Below, piece by piece: positions 1 through 8,359 of a stretch of DNA of 64,000 bases. Numbering within the stretch: position 1 is the stretch's first letter; the number at the start of each line of letters is the position of its first letter. The notes under the pieces were generated by a model. The model made no database searches. It worked only from the letters and a program-made list of their open reading frames with translations, and had not been told where the DNA came from. The DNA is from an uncultured delta proteobacterium (GTDB lineage Bacteria > Myxococcota_A > UBA9160 > UBA6930), in assembly GCA_963783795.1 (NCBI GenBank), contig CAWAPH010000036.1:4412-68411 (forward strand). The letters run 5' to 3'. The position numbers were made by a program, and so were the translations under genes.

Positions 1-78
1 AGCACCTCGCTCACGAGAGCTTCCCCGGGAACTCCGACTCGAGCGCAGCGACGATCACCTTCCCGACGCTCACCGCGG

Positions 79-2076
79 CTACGGCGTCACGATGGCGAAG
101 TTCTGGTTCGGGGCATCGAGCAGCGAGAAGAACGAGAGCAGCGCGACGCGGCTCCCCTCCACCTCCAGGTCGTCGGAGAAGATCGCCTCGCGGAGCCCGA
201 CCTGCCGCATGGCCAGCCGCAGGAAGAAGTCTCTCGTAAGCCGGATCGTCGCATCGGCCTCGGGATCGGGGTCTCGGCGCTCGTGGTGGAGGACGGCGTT
301 CTCGACCGTGAGGACGTGAGACTCACCGAGATCGCTGAAGACGAAGTTGATCGTCGTTTCCTTTCCCTGCGCCTTGGGTCCGTCGAGACGAGCCGCCATC
401 GAGTCGAAGAAACGCGCCATCGGCACCTGGCGCAAGAGATCTACCGCAGCAGCGAGGTCGATTCCGGCCGGCTTCACGCCGTTGCGGAGCTCGTGAGCGC
501 CGGTGAGGTAGACGTCGCGCCAGGGGCCCGACTCGGCCTGGTAGCCGAGCTGGTCGTAGGCGCGGGCGAGGAGCTCGCGCGCTTCGGCATCGTCGGGCTC
601 GGCGAAGACGAGGTGGTTCAGCAGCATCGCCACCCAGCGGTACTCGCCGCGGCCGAAGGCCTCCCGTGCCTTGCGGCGCACTTCTGCGGCTCCGCCCATG
701 AACTCCACGTACTTCACCGCCGCCTCGGCCGGGGGCAAGGGGTCGAGGTTGGCCGGGTTCCCGTCGTACCAGCCGAAGTAGCCCTGGTAGACCGCCTTCG
801 CGTTGTGACGGACGGTCCCGTAGTAGCCCCGGTTCGCGAAGGAGGGCCGGAGCGACTCCGGCAGCTCGAGGGTCTCCGCGATCTCCTGCGGCGTGTAGCC
901 CGAGTTGGCGAGACGGAGCGTCTGGTCGTGGATGTACTTGTAGGTATCGCGCTGCTTCTCGAGGTACTCGATCACGCGGGCGTTGCCCCAGATGGGCCAG
1001 TGGTGGCTCGCGAAGACGACCTCGGCATCGGCGAAGAGATCGATCGCCTCGTCGATGTATCCGCTCCAGCGCAGGGCATCGCGGACCTTGGCGCCGCGCA
1101 GTGTGTAGAGGTTGTGCATGGTGTGGGAGACGATCTCCGCGCCGCACAGCGCCTTGGCTTCCGGCAGGTAGAAGGTGAGCTCCGCGGGCGCCTCCGACTC
1201 GGGCGCGTACTGGAAGACGAAGCGCACTCCGTCGATCTCCATCTCCTGAGGAGTGCGGTCCACCAGCTCGGTGGGCTGGACCAGCCCGATCCGCCCGCGT
1301 GCCGGCTCCTTTCCGAGCCCGGTGTCGACGTGGCCCCGCACGCTCCTCGAGAGCGGCATGCCGTACATGAAGCTGGCGCGCCGCGCCATCGCGACCCCCG
1401 CCAGCACGTTCTCGCTGGTGGCCTCGTGAACGAATCCGGCGGGCGCGATGATGCGGAGGGCGCTGCGCTCGGCGTCGTCCGCCGGGAGGACGCCCCCGAT
1501 GCCCCCGAAGTGATCGACGTGGCTGTGGGTGATGATGATCGCGGAGATCGGCCGCTCGCCCAGCTGGCGACGGGCCAGCTCGAGCGCTGCGCTCGCCGTC
1601 TCGGCCGAGGTCAGGGGATCGACCAGGATCCAGCCGGTCTTCCCCTCGATCAGCGTCATGTTGGAGAGGTCGTAGCCGCGCACCTGGTGGATGCCGGGTG
1701 TCACCTCGAAGAGGCCGTGGATGCCGTTGAGCTTCGCCTGGCGCCAAAGACTCGGGTGGACGCTGGGAGGCGGGTCGCCGTCGACGAACGCGTAGTCCCC
1801 GGTGTTCCAGGTGGTGCCCCCGCCCTCCCGCGGAACGAGCACGTCGGGATCGCTGGCGATGAGCCCCCGCCGCGCATCCTCGAAGTCCTGCTGGTCTTCG
1901 AGGGGGAGCTGACCGAGGACGGCCGCGTTCGCCTCGGCGGTCTGCGAGGTGGGGGACGTGTGGCCGCGCTCGTCGGCGTCGGGGGCCCAGGACGCGGGTC
2001 GTCCCGGCGGACCGGGCTCGCAGGCCGCGAGCGCGCACAGTGCCGCGAGGGCGAGGCAGACGGGGATGGATCTCAT
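79..2076 (-). CDS. alkyl/aryl-sulfatase, metallo-beta-lactamase fold (SdsA1/Bds1-like), probable lipoprotein
   Basis: Part of track ORF 79..2277. MBL motif 'ITHSHVDHFGG', a long helical dimerisation region and an SCP2-like C-terminus ('TINFVFSDLGESHVLTVENAVL...') as in type III alkylsulfatases. Start moved to the ATG at 2076 ('MRSIPVCLALAALCALAACEP', signal peptide plus lipobox Cys). The 67 upstream codons are R/P/G-rich and look non-coding. Confidence 0.85.
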   Translation of the reverse strand: MRSIPVCLALAALCALAACEPGPPGRPASWAPDADERGHTSPTSQTAEANAAVLGQLPLEDQQDFEDARRGLIASDPDVLVPREGGGTTWNTGDYAFVDGDPPPSVHPSLWRQAKLNGIHGLFEVTPGIHQVRGYDLSNMTLIEGKTGWILVDPLTSAETASAALELARRQLGERPISAIIITHSHVDHFGGIGGVLPADDAERSALRIIAPAGFVHEATSENVLAGVAMARRASFMYGMPLSRSVRGHVDTGLGKEPARGRIGLVQPTELVDRTPQEMEIDGVRFVFQYAPESEAPAELTFYLPEAKALCGAEIVSHTMHNLYTLRGAKVRDALRWSGYIDEAIDLFADAEVVFASHHWPIWGNARVIEYLEKQRDTYKYIHDQTLRLANSGYTPQEIAETLELPESLRPSFANRGYYGTVRHNAKAVYQGYFGWYDGNPANLDPLPPAEAAVKYVEFMGGAAEVRRKAREAFGRGEYRWVAMLLNHLVFAEPDDAEARELLARAYDQLGYQAESGPWRDVYLTGAHELRNGVKPAGIDLAAAVDLLRQVPMARFFDSMAARLDGPKAQGKETTINFVFSDLGESHVLTVENAVLHHERRDPDPEADATIRLTRDFFLRLAMRQVGLREAIFSDDLEVEGSRVALLSFFSLLDAPNQNFAIVTP

Positions 2077-2322
2077 GTGCGGACTCCTCGGACTGGGTCG
2101 CGATCGACGGTACCCAGGACCCGGCGATGATGTCTCAGGGCGTCGGGAGGTCCAGCGCGCCATCGAGCAGCCCGTATGCGATCCAGCTTCTCCTGGATGT
2201 CGCTCCAACTGCGAAATCCCGCGGGGAACTAGACCCGGAGGTCGAGTGGCCCGATCGCGACCGTGGCCGTCCACCATTGCCGAGGGCCTGGACGTGACCG
2301 TCTACGAAGTCGCCGCGGCCTT

Positions 2323-3549
2323 CTAGCTACCCCGCAGAACCTCGTATGCGGCCGTGGCCAGGCTCGCCGTGTCGTCATCGGCGGAGAGCTCCCAGAACAT
2401 CACGCCCCCGAGGCCTCGCTGCTTGACGTAGCTCGCCTTGGCGGCGATCGAGTCCGGGTCGTCGTAGCTGACCATGAGACCCGCCTCCGGGTCGTATAGC
2501 CACGGGGCACCGGCGGCGGGCGACCAGTGGGCGGGCGTCGTTTCCAGGAAGCGAGCCGCGAGGTCCCAGAAGTCGAAGATGCCCGGCTCCCAGGTGCCCG
2601 CGGGAAGGCCTGCGTGGGGCTGGTAGAGGCCGTCGTTCGCCTCCGGGACGCCCTGCCAGGCGCGGCCGTAGAAGGGAAGTCCGAGCACGATCTTGCGCCG
2701 GGGTACGCCGGCCTCACGGTAGCCCTGCACCGCGGCGTCGGCATTCGCCTCCGCGGGCCCCACTCCGTCGTCGAACAGCGGCGCGTGAAAGCCCGTGAGG
2801 GGGCTCCACCCGCCGGCGAGGTCGTAGGCCATCAGGTGGACCCAGTCGACCTGGGCGTGCAGCCGCTCGAGCTCGAAATTGGCGTAGAGATCGGCTGTCG
2901 CGGGGGCGGCGATGGTGAGGAGATAGCGCCGGCCGTCCGCAGCGCCGGCGGCGTCCAGCTCGGCGCGCAGCTCGGCCAGCAGCAGGGTCAAATTCCCGCG
3001 GTCCTCGGGCCGCGTGACGTTCCCCGGCAGGCCGCCGGCGACCGGGAACTCCCAGTCGAGGTCGATGCCGTCGAAGCCGTAGCTCCGCATGAACCCCACG
3101 CAGGACCCTGCGAACAGCTCGCGCGCCGCGGGCGTCGCCGCTGCGTCCGAAAAGCGCTCCGAGCCGGTCCAGCCACCCACCGAGATCAACGTCCGCAGCC
3201 GCGGGTGAGCCTTCTTGAGGATCTGGAGCTGACCGAAGCTGCCGCGAAAGGCGGCGTCGGGCGGATCGTTCGGGTAGGGCTTCTCGACATCGGCCCAGGG
3301 ATCGGCGAGCGCGCACTCCCCGGAGGCGGAAATGGCCGCGAAGGCGTACGAGAGGTGGGTCAGGCGATCCGCCGGAACGTCCGCGATGTGATAGTTCCGC
3401 TCGTAGACGGACCAGGAGGCGAAGTATCCCACGACCCGGGATCTGCCCTCGGGACGACAGCCTCCGGCTGCCATCGCGCAGATCACCAGGACCGCCCATT
3501 TCAGCACCAGCTGCATCCGCCAGGTTCGCCACATCTGCCGCACCGACAC
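2323..3549 (-). CDS. glycoside hydrolase family 18 (chitinase-like), secreted/lipoprotein
   Basis: GH18 catalytic motif 'DGIDLDWEFP' (DxxDxDxE), plus 'YFASWSVY', 'MAYD' and 'GGVMFWELSADD'. N-terminal hydrophobic segment ending 'AAGGC'. The true start may be the internal ATG at 3516. Confidence 0.85.
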   Translation of the reverse strand: MSVRQMWRTWRMQLVLKWAVLVICAMAAGGCRPEGRSRVVGYFASWSVYERNYHIADVPADRLTHLSYAFAAISASGECALADPWADVEKPYPNDPPDAAFRGSFGQLQILKKAHPRLRTLISVGGWTGSERFSDAAATPAARELFAGSCVGFMRSYGFDGIDLDWEFPVAGGLPGNVTRPEDRGNLTLLLAELRAELDAAGAADGRRYLLTIAAPATADLYANFELERLHAQVDWVHLMAYDLAGGWSPLTGFHAPLFDDGVGPAEANADAAVQGYREAGVPRRKIVLGLPFYGRAWQGVPEANDGLYQPHAGLPAGTWEPGIFDFWDLAARFLETTPAHWSPAAGAPWLYDPEAGLMVSYDDPDSIAAKASYVKQRGLGGVMFWELSADDDTASLATAAYEVLRGS

Positions 3550-3556
3550 CGCCCAA

Positions 3557-3586
3557 ACGCAGCCACACCCGATCCCGTGGCTGCGT
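3557..3586. promoter_or_regulatory. perfect 10-bp inverted repeat with 10-nt spacer (ACGCAGCCAC-N10-GTGGCTGCGT)
   Basis: Read directly in the divergent chitinase/ABC intergenic region, 8 nt upstream of the longest chitinase start. Confidence 0.3.
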
Positions 3587-3590
3587 ACAG

Positions 3591-3606
3591 CTCACCCATG
3601 GGTGAG
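3591..3606. promoter_or_regulatory. perfect 16-bp palindrome CTCACCCATGGGTGAG (candidate operator)
   Basis: Read directly. Lies between the divergent chitinase (-) and fetA-like (+) genes, immediately next to the 10-bp inverted repeat. Confidence 0.3.
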
Positions 3607-3730
3607 TGCGCCGGGGCCGCGGGAAAGTGACGCGAGCACGCCGCCCCAGCACATCCGGCCCATGCACCGGAATCACCATGCCCGGGAATCGCATTCGAGG
3701 CCGAGTTGCGCAAGTCTGTGTGCGGCCATC

Positions 3731-4390
3731 ATGACCTCGAGGACTCCGAACACTGATGCCATCGGACTGATGGACGTGACGCTGCGCTTCCACGGGCACA
3801 CGGTTCTCGAAGGTTTTTCCCTCCGTGTGCCAACGGGTGAGAAGGTCACCCTGGCTGGGCCATCGGGATCCGGAAAGACATCGATTTTGCGGTCGCTCCT
3901 GGGTTTCCTCACACCCGAGCGAGGTACGGTGAGTGTGGCCGGCGAGCCGGTCACCAGCCAATCCGTCTGGGGTATTCGCAGCCGCCTGGCCTATGTGCCG
4001 CAGGAAGCGGACCCGGGCGAGGGAACGGTCCGCACGATCCTGCGCCGACCCTTCGAGTACCGGGCGAACGCAGGGCTGCACCTCGACGACGGGTTGCTCT
4101 CGGAGATGTTCGACCGCTTCCGCCTGCCCATGCGCTTCCTGGACAAGGACATCAGCGATCTCTCAGGAGGCGAGAAACAGCGCGTAGCCATCGTCTGCGC
4201 GATTCTGCTCCAGCGCGAGATCGTGCTGCTCGACGAGGCAGCATCGGCGCTCGACAGAGACAACGCAGTTGCGGTGGCCGAGTACTTTCGCGAGCAGGAG
4301 GAACTCACCGTCCTTTCCTGCGCCCACGATGCCCTGTCTCTTCCCTTGCCGGGCCGCGTGGTGTCGCTCCTCGAAGGTGATGCTCGATGA
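3731..4390 (+). CDS. fetA: ABC transporter ATP-binding protein, FetA/YbbL-like
   Basis: Walker A 'GPSGSGKTS', signature 'LSGGEKQR', Walker B 'IVLLDEA'. Small single-NBD protein with the 'FRLP...LDKDISDLSGGEKQR' layout of YbbL. Start moved from 3602 to the ATG at 3731. Its stop overlaps the next start (ATGA). Confidence 0.75.
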   Translation: MTSRTPNTDAIGLMDVTLRFHGHTVLEGFSLRVPTGEKVTLAGPSGSGKTSILRSLLGFLTPERGTVSVAGEPVTSQSVWGIRSRLAYVPQEADPGEGTVRTILRRPFEYRANAGLHLDDGLLSEMFDRFRLPMRFLDKDISDLSGGEKQRVAIVCAILLQREIVLLDEAASALDRDNAVAVAEYFREQEELTVLSCAHDALSLPLPGRVVSLLEGDAR

Positions 4391-5175
4391 CAGCCGTGGA
4401 CATAGGCCTGCCGGGCATGCTCCTCGGCTACCTGCTCTTGATCTTGCCTCTGGCCGTCATTCTCTGGCTGCGCGTCCCGTTGCTGAAGGACACGACGGTT
4501 GCGGTTCTTCGCATGACCTTTCAGCTCCTCTTCGTCGGGTTCTACCTGCAGGTCGTGTTCCAGCTGAACAGCCCATGGGTGAACGCGGCGTGGCTGCTGG
4601 CGATGATCGTCGTGGCGGACATCTCGATCGCACGCAGCTGCCGGCTGCGCCTCTCGCGATTTGGCCTGCCCTTGTTCTGCGCCCTGCTGCTCGGAACGCT
4701 TCCTCCGCTACTGCTGCTGCTGGGCCCCATACTGCAGCGGCCGCAGCTGCTGGATGCCCAGTACGCGATCCCACTGAGCGGCATGATTCTTGGAAACTGT
4801 CTCCGTGCCGACATCATGGGTATCCGTGACTTCTACGAATCGCTTCGAAAGGGCGAGAAGCCCTTCTTGCTGGCGCTGGCACAAGGAGCCTCCCTGTCGG
4901 AGGCGACCCGTCCCCACTTCCGCGATGCCTGCCACGCGGCGCTGGCTCCGACGATCGCGACCATGGCCACCATCGGTCTCGTGTCGCTTCCGGGAATGAT
5001 GACCGGGGTGATCCTCGGCGGCGCCAACCCGATGACCGCCATCAAGTACCAGATCCTGATCATGCTCGCGATCTTCAGCGGAACCGCGATCACCGTCGCC
5101 GCGGCGATCCGCCTGACCATGGGGGTGAGCTTCTCGGCCTATGGCTTGCTGGACAAACGGATCTTCAGACAGTGA
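4387..5175 (+). CDS. fetB: ABC exporter permease, UPF0014/YbbM (FetB)-like
   Basis: Multi-pass hydrophobic 262-aa protein, translationally coupled (ATGA) to a YbbL-type ATPase. Size and arrangement match the FetAB pair. Confidence 0.75.
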   Translation: MTAVDIGLPGMLLGYLLLILPLAVILWLRVPLLKDTTVAVLRMTFQLLFVGFYLQVVFQLNSPWVNAAWLLAMIVVADISIARSCRLRLSRFGLPLFCALLLGTLPPLLLLLGPILQRPQLLDAQYAIPLSGMILGNCLRADIMGIRDFYESLRKGEKPFLLALAQGASLSEATRPHFRDACHAALAPTIATMATIGLVSLPGMMTGVILGGANPMTAIKYQILIMLAIFSGTAITVAAAIRLTMGVSFSAYGLLDKRIFRQ

Positions 5176-5416
5176 GTGAGCGTGCCCGGACCACAGGAAT
5201 CAGAACAGTGTCCGCGCAGCGTCCTGCATCGATCGAGTCGCCGACTCCCGCCGCTTCCCTCATCCAAACCGAATACCGCCGGATGGCCGCCATCCGGTCC
5301 AAGGAGGGCGGCTGAAGCCCCTGTCCGCTACCGTGGGTGTCCAGTTTCTTGAAACGCGATGCTCGGGGTCCTCCCCGGGGCGAATTGCACGCATGGGCTG
5401 AGAGAGCCATCGTGGG

Positions 5417-6505
5417 ATGCCGGTGGGAGTGAGACGCACAGCCTTCCTTGCTGCCATTCTGCTGTGTCTGGGGCTGGCCTGCGCCGGGATCGACTTCCCC
5501 CCCTGGCAGCAGCCCGAGGAGACCGAAGTCCCGGAGACGGGACAGGAGGCCGGGCTGCCCGGCACGAACGATGAGGCGGAGCTGTCGCTCGGCGAGCGCA
5601 GGCGCCACGCCATCGCCTACCTGGAGATCGGCAGCGAAGAGGAGGCGCGGTCCGAATTGCTCCTCGTTCTCGAGGAGGCGCCCTCCGATCGGAGGGCCAG
5701 GGATCTGATGCTTCAGATCGAGGCGATTCCCGAGGAGTACTTCGCGCCCGAGTTCCACGGGGAGTTCTCGGACTACGAGCTGCGCCTGGGATCGTCGCTG
5801 TCGGAGGTGGCAAAGGTCTGCCTCGGAGACAGCCTGAAGTTCTATGCGCTTTGGAAGCTCAACCGGGACAATCCGTATATCCTGCAGCCCAACGACGTCA
5901 GCGAGCCCACCACGATACGCATCCCCGGCCCCCCCTGCGCAGGAGACTCCGCATCCGTCCAGCCGTTGGATGCGGAGGATCAACCGGAGCCGACTGCGAA
6001 GACACAGGCCGAGACGCTGGAGGAGATCGACGCGGCGATCGGCTCCGGCTCCTACGAAACCGCGCTGCCCCTGATCGACCAGGCAGAGGCCGAATACGGA
6101 CCGGTACCGGAAGTCATCAGCCGCCGGGAACAGGCCTGTCGGGAGTATGCGGAGGAGACCGAGTCGAAAGACCCCGAGCGAGCCGCCGCACTGTACGTCT
6201 GTGCGGGAGACAGCAAGCGCACACAGGCCAAGACGCTCGACGACCAGCTCGAGGCGCTGCATTCCTTCGAGCGGGCTGCGCAGCTCGATCCCGCTGGGGA
6301 CGGCCCGTCGAGGCTCCAGGAGGAACGCGGGAATCTGAGGCGGGAGGTCAATCGGCTGCACACCGAGGCACACCGCGCCATGAGAGCTGGCGACTGCGCG
6401 ACCGCGAGCTCCTTGTGGCGTACGGCCTTGCGGATCGATCCCGGCGAAGAGCGAGCCCAGGCCGGTCTCAGCCGCTGCCGCTACGAGGGTCCGCAGACCC
6501 AGTGA
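5417..6505 (+). CDS. lipoprotein with LysM-like segment and TPR-like helical repeats
   Basis: Signal peptide plus lipobox 'LCLGLACAG'. LysM-like stretch 'YELRLGSSLSEVAKVCLGDSLKFYALWKLN'. C-terminal helical repeats ('SLWRTALRIDPGEERAQAGL'). G/C third-position bias supports this frame over the antisense ORF 5165..6373. Confidence 0.6.
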   Translation: MPVGVRRTAFLAAILLCLGLACAGIDFPPWQQPEETEVPETGQEAGLPGTNDEAELSLGERRRHAIAYLEIGSEEEARSELLLVLEEAPSDRRARDLMLQIEAIPEEYFAPEFHGEFSDYELRLGSSLSEVAKVCLGDSLKFYALWKLNRDNPYILQPNDVSEPTTIRIPGPPCAGDSASVQPLDAEDQPEPTAKTQAETLEEIDAAIGSGSYETALPLIDQAEAEYGPVPEVISRREQACREYAEETESKDPERAAALYVCAGDSKRTQAKTLDDQLEALHSFERAAQLDPAGDGPSRLQEERGNLRREVNRLHTEAHRAMRAGDCATASSLWRTALRIDPGEERAQAGLSRCRYEGPQTQ

Positions 6506-6545
6506 CCGACGGCGTCAACCGCTGCGCCTCGGTGCTGCGGCAGGG

Positions 6546-7352
6546 CTAGCGGCGTGCGGCGCGGGCCCTCTGCAGGGCGAGCTGCGCTCCGGCGTGATCT
6601 GGATCGTACTCCAGCGCCTCCTCGAACAACGCGATGGCGGCGTCCAGGTCCGATCGGGATGCGAGCAGGCCCTGCGCGTAGGCCCTCCGAGACAGCTCCG
6701 CCCGCAGGGCCTCGAGCTCCGGCCGTAGCTCTTCCGCCAGCCGCGGATCCTGGGCCGCCGCGCGCCCGTAGGCCTCGAACGCGCCGGAAAGATCCCCCTT
6801 GGCGCGACGCGACGCTGCAAGGCGCGCGAGCTGTGGCGCGGTGAGCGGCGGCGGATCGACGGCGGCAGAACTGGAGACACCGGGGGGAGTCTCCACGTAA
6901 CGATCCACCTCGGAAGCGCCGGGCACGGCCCGGGCTGCATTCTCCTTCATCAGGCGAATCGACCTGCGCCTCTCGAGGGCCTGCAAGCGGGCGAGGGCAT
7001 CGCTGCTGCGAGGGTCGAGCGCAAGTGCCGCGAGATAGTGGCGCCGCGCGCTGGCTTCGCCGGCAGCCGATCTTCCTGCGGCGATCTGCGCCCGCACGGC
7101 CCGAGCGATCCGCTTCTCCAGCGAAGCGATCGCGCTGCGGACTTCGGGCGCGTCGTCATCCCAGGTGGCGGCGACCCGCCACTCGAGCAATGCCCGCGCC
7201 AACTCACCCTCGGCCTCCAACGCCCGGGCGGCCGCCTTCCGCGCGTCGAGCCCCGCAGCGCCCGGTACCGGCCCATTCGGACTCCCCGGCCCCGCACAGC
7301 CGACCAGGACCGCCAGCACCGCACCCAACACGGCCGGAACGCCCCGGATCAC
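6546..7352 (-). CDS. TPR-repeat lipoprotein
   Basis: Last 268 codons of track ORF 6546..8435. GTG start at 7352 overlaps the deacetylase stop (GTGA). 'VIRGVPAVLGAVLAVLVGCAG' is a signal plus lipobox. TPR-like repeats ('HYLAALALDPRSSDALARL', 'ALFEEALEYDPDHAGAQLAL'). Confidence 0.6.
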   Translation of the reverse strand: MIRGVPAVLGAVLAVLVGCAGPGSPNGPVPGAAGLDARKAAARALEAEGELARALLEWRVAATWDDDAPEVRSAIASLEKRIARAVRAQIAAGRSAAGEASARRHYLAALALDPRSSDALARLQALERRRSIRLMKENAARAVPGASEVDRYVETPPGVSSSAAVDPPPLTAPQLARLAASRRAKGDLSGAFEAYGRAAAQDPRLAEELRPELEALRAELSRRAYAQGLLASRSDLDAAIALFEEALEYDPDHAGAQLALQRARAARR

Positions 7353-8359
7353 CGTCTCGCTCCCATCGGTTGCAGGGTCTGGAGGCGGCGCCGGAAGTCC
7401 GCGAGCTCGTCCTCGCCGTAGATCATCGTCCGCCGCAACCGGTAGGGATCCGCGAAGGCCGCGTTTCCGCCCCGCGTCACCGTCAGGCCCAGCTCGTATC
7501 CCTCTGCCTTCACCGCGGCGATCACGTCGTCGTTGGCGTCGCCGTAGGGAAACGAAAACGCATCCGAGGGAACTCCGAGCCGCTTGCGGAGAAGCCGCGT
7601 GGAGGCGCGCACCTCGTCGGCCAGGCGTGCCCGGTACTCGGGCGCGGTTTCGCCCTCGCGCCGCAGCGAGAGGTTCGCATGCGTCTTGGAGTGGGAAGCG
7701 ACGTCCAGCATGCCCGTCGCGATCATCTCCCGCAGCTCCTCCCAATCGAGCCCCGGCTCGCCCCTGACGAAATCGGTGTACACGAACAGCGTGGCCGGGA
7801 AGCCAAACTCCCGGAGCACGGGAAACCCGATGGTGTACACCGATCGGAATCCGTCGTCGATCGTGATGACCACCGATTTCCTGGGCAATGCCCGGCGACC
7901 CGCCAGGAACTCCCCGAGGTGGCGCAACGGGATCACCTGGTAGCCTTCGTCGCGCAGGAGGGCCATCTGGGCACGGAAGCTCGCCCGCGGAATCTCCATG
8001 GGATCGCGTGGCTCGTCGCGCGCCGTAAACCGATGATACACGAGAACGGGAACCGTCTGATAGCCGGCGGTCCAGACGCCCGTCGGGTTGACGTAGTGCT
8101 TGGGTATCGCCAGCTCGGCGTTGAGATGTGCCTGGTCGACGCCGTTGAACTCGGCGATCTGCCAGGACCGAGCCGGGTCTCCGAGAAAGCGCGCTGCCAG
8201 GTGCTCGAGACTCTCCTGGAATCCCGCCCGCACGATCACGAAATCGTCGTCTTCTGCGAGCACCTGCGTCCGGGCAATGGGCGACCACGCGCACCCGGCC
8301 ATCCCCACGCCGAGCGCGACCACTGCCGCCGCGAGCGCGACGCTGCACCAGCCCCTCAT
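7349..8359 (-). CDS. polysaccharide deacetylase (NodB/PgaB-like) with N-terminal LysM-like domain, lipoprotein
   Basis: Lipobox 'GVGMAGC'. LysM-like 'FVIVRAGFQESLEHLAARFLGDPARSWQIAEFNGV'. NodB motifs 'VVITIDDGFRS' and 'ASHSKTH'. ATGA overlap with the upstream kinase stop. Confidence 0.85.
   Translation of the reverse strand: MRGWCSVALAAAVVALGVGMAGCAWSPIARTQVLAEDDDFVIVRAGFQESLEHLAARFLGDPARSWQIAEFNGVDQAHLNAELAIPKHYVNPTGVWTAGYQTVPVLVYHRFTARDEPRDPMEIPRASFRAQMALLRDEGYQVIPLRHLGEFLAGRRALPRKSVVITIDDGFRSVYTIGFPVLREFGFPATLFVYTDFVRGEPGLDWEELREMIATGMLDVASHSKTHANLSLRREGETAPEYRARLADEVRASTRLLRKRLGVPSDAFSFPYGDANDDVIAAVKAEGYELGLTVTRGGNAAFADPYRLRRTMIYGEDELADFRRRLQTLQPMGARR

Noticed and set aside
283-2130. Long ORFs overlapping the alkylsulfatase gene (283..2130 +, 323..2038 -).
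   Set aside because: The translations are R/A/G/P/E-rich with no motifs. They are the usual shadow ORFs of a GC-rich gene. Only the 79..2076 frame carries recognisable domains.
5279-5297. Near-palindrome CCGGATGGC-C-GCCATCCGG about 100 nt after the fetB-like stop.
   Set aside because: It could be a terminator stem, but there is no U-tract and no second copy. I did not report it as a feature.
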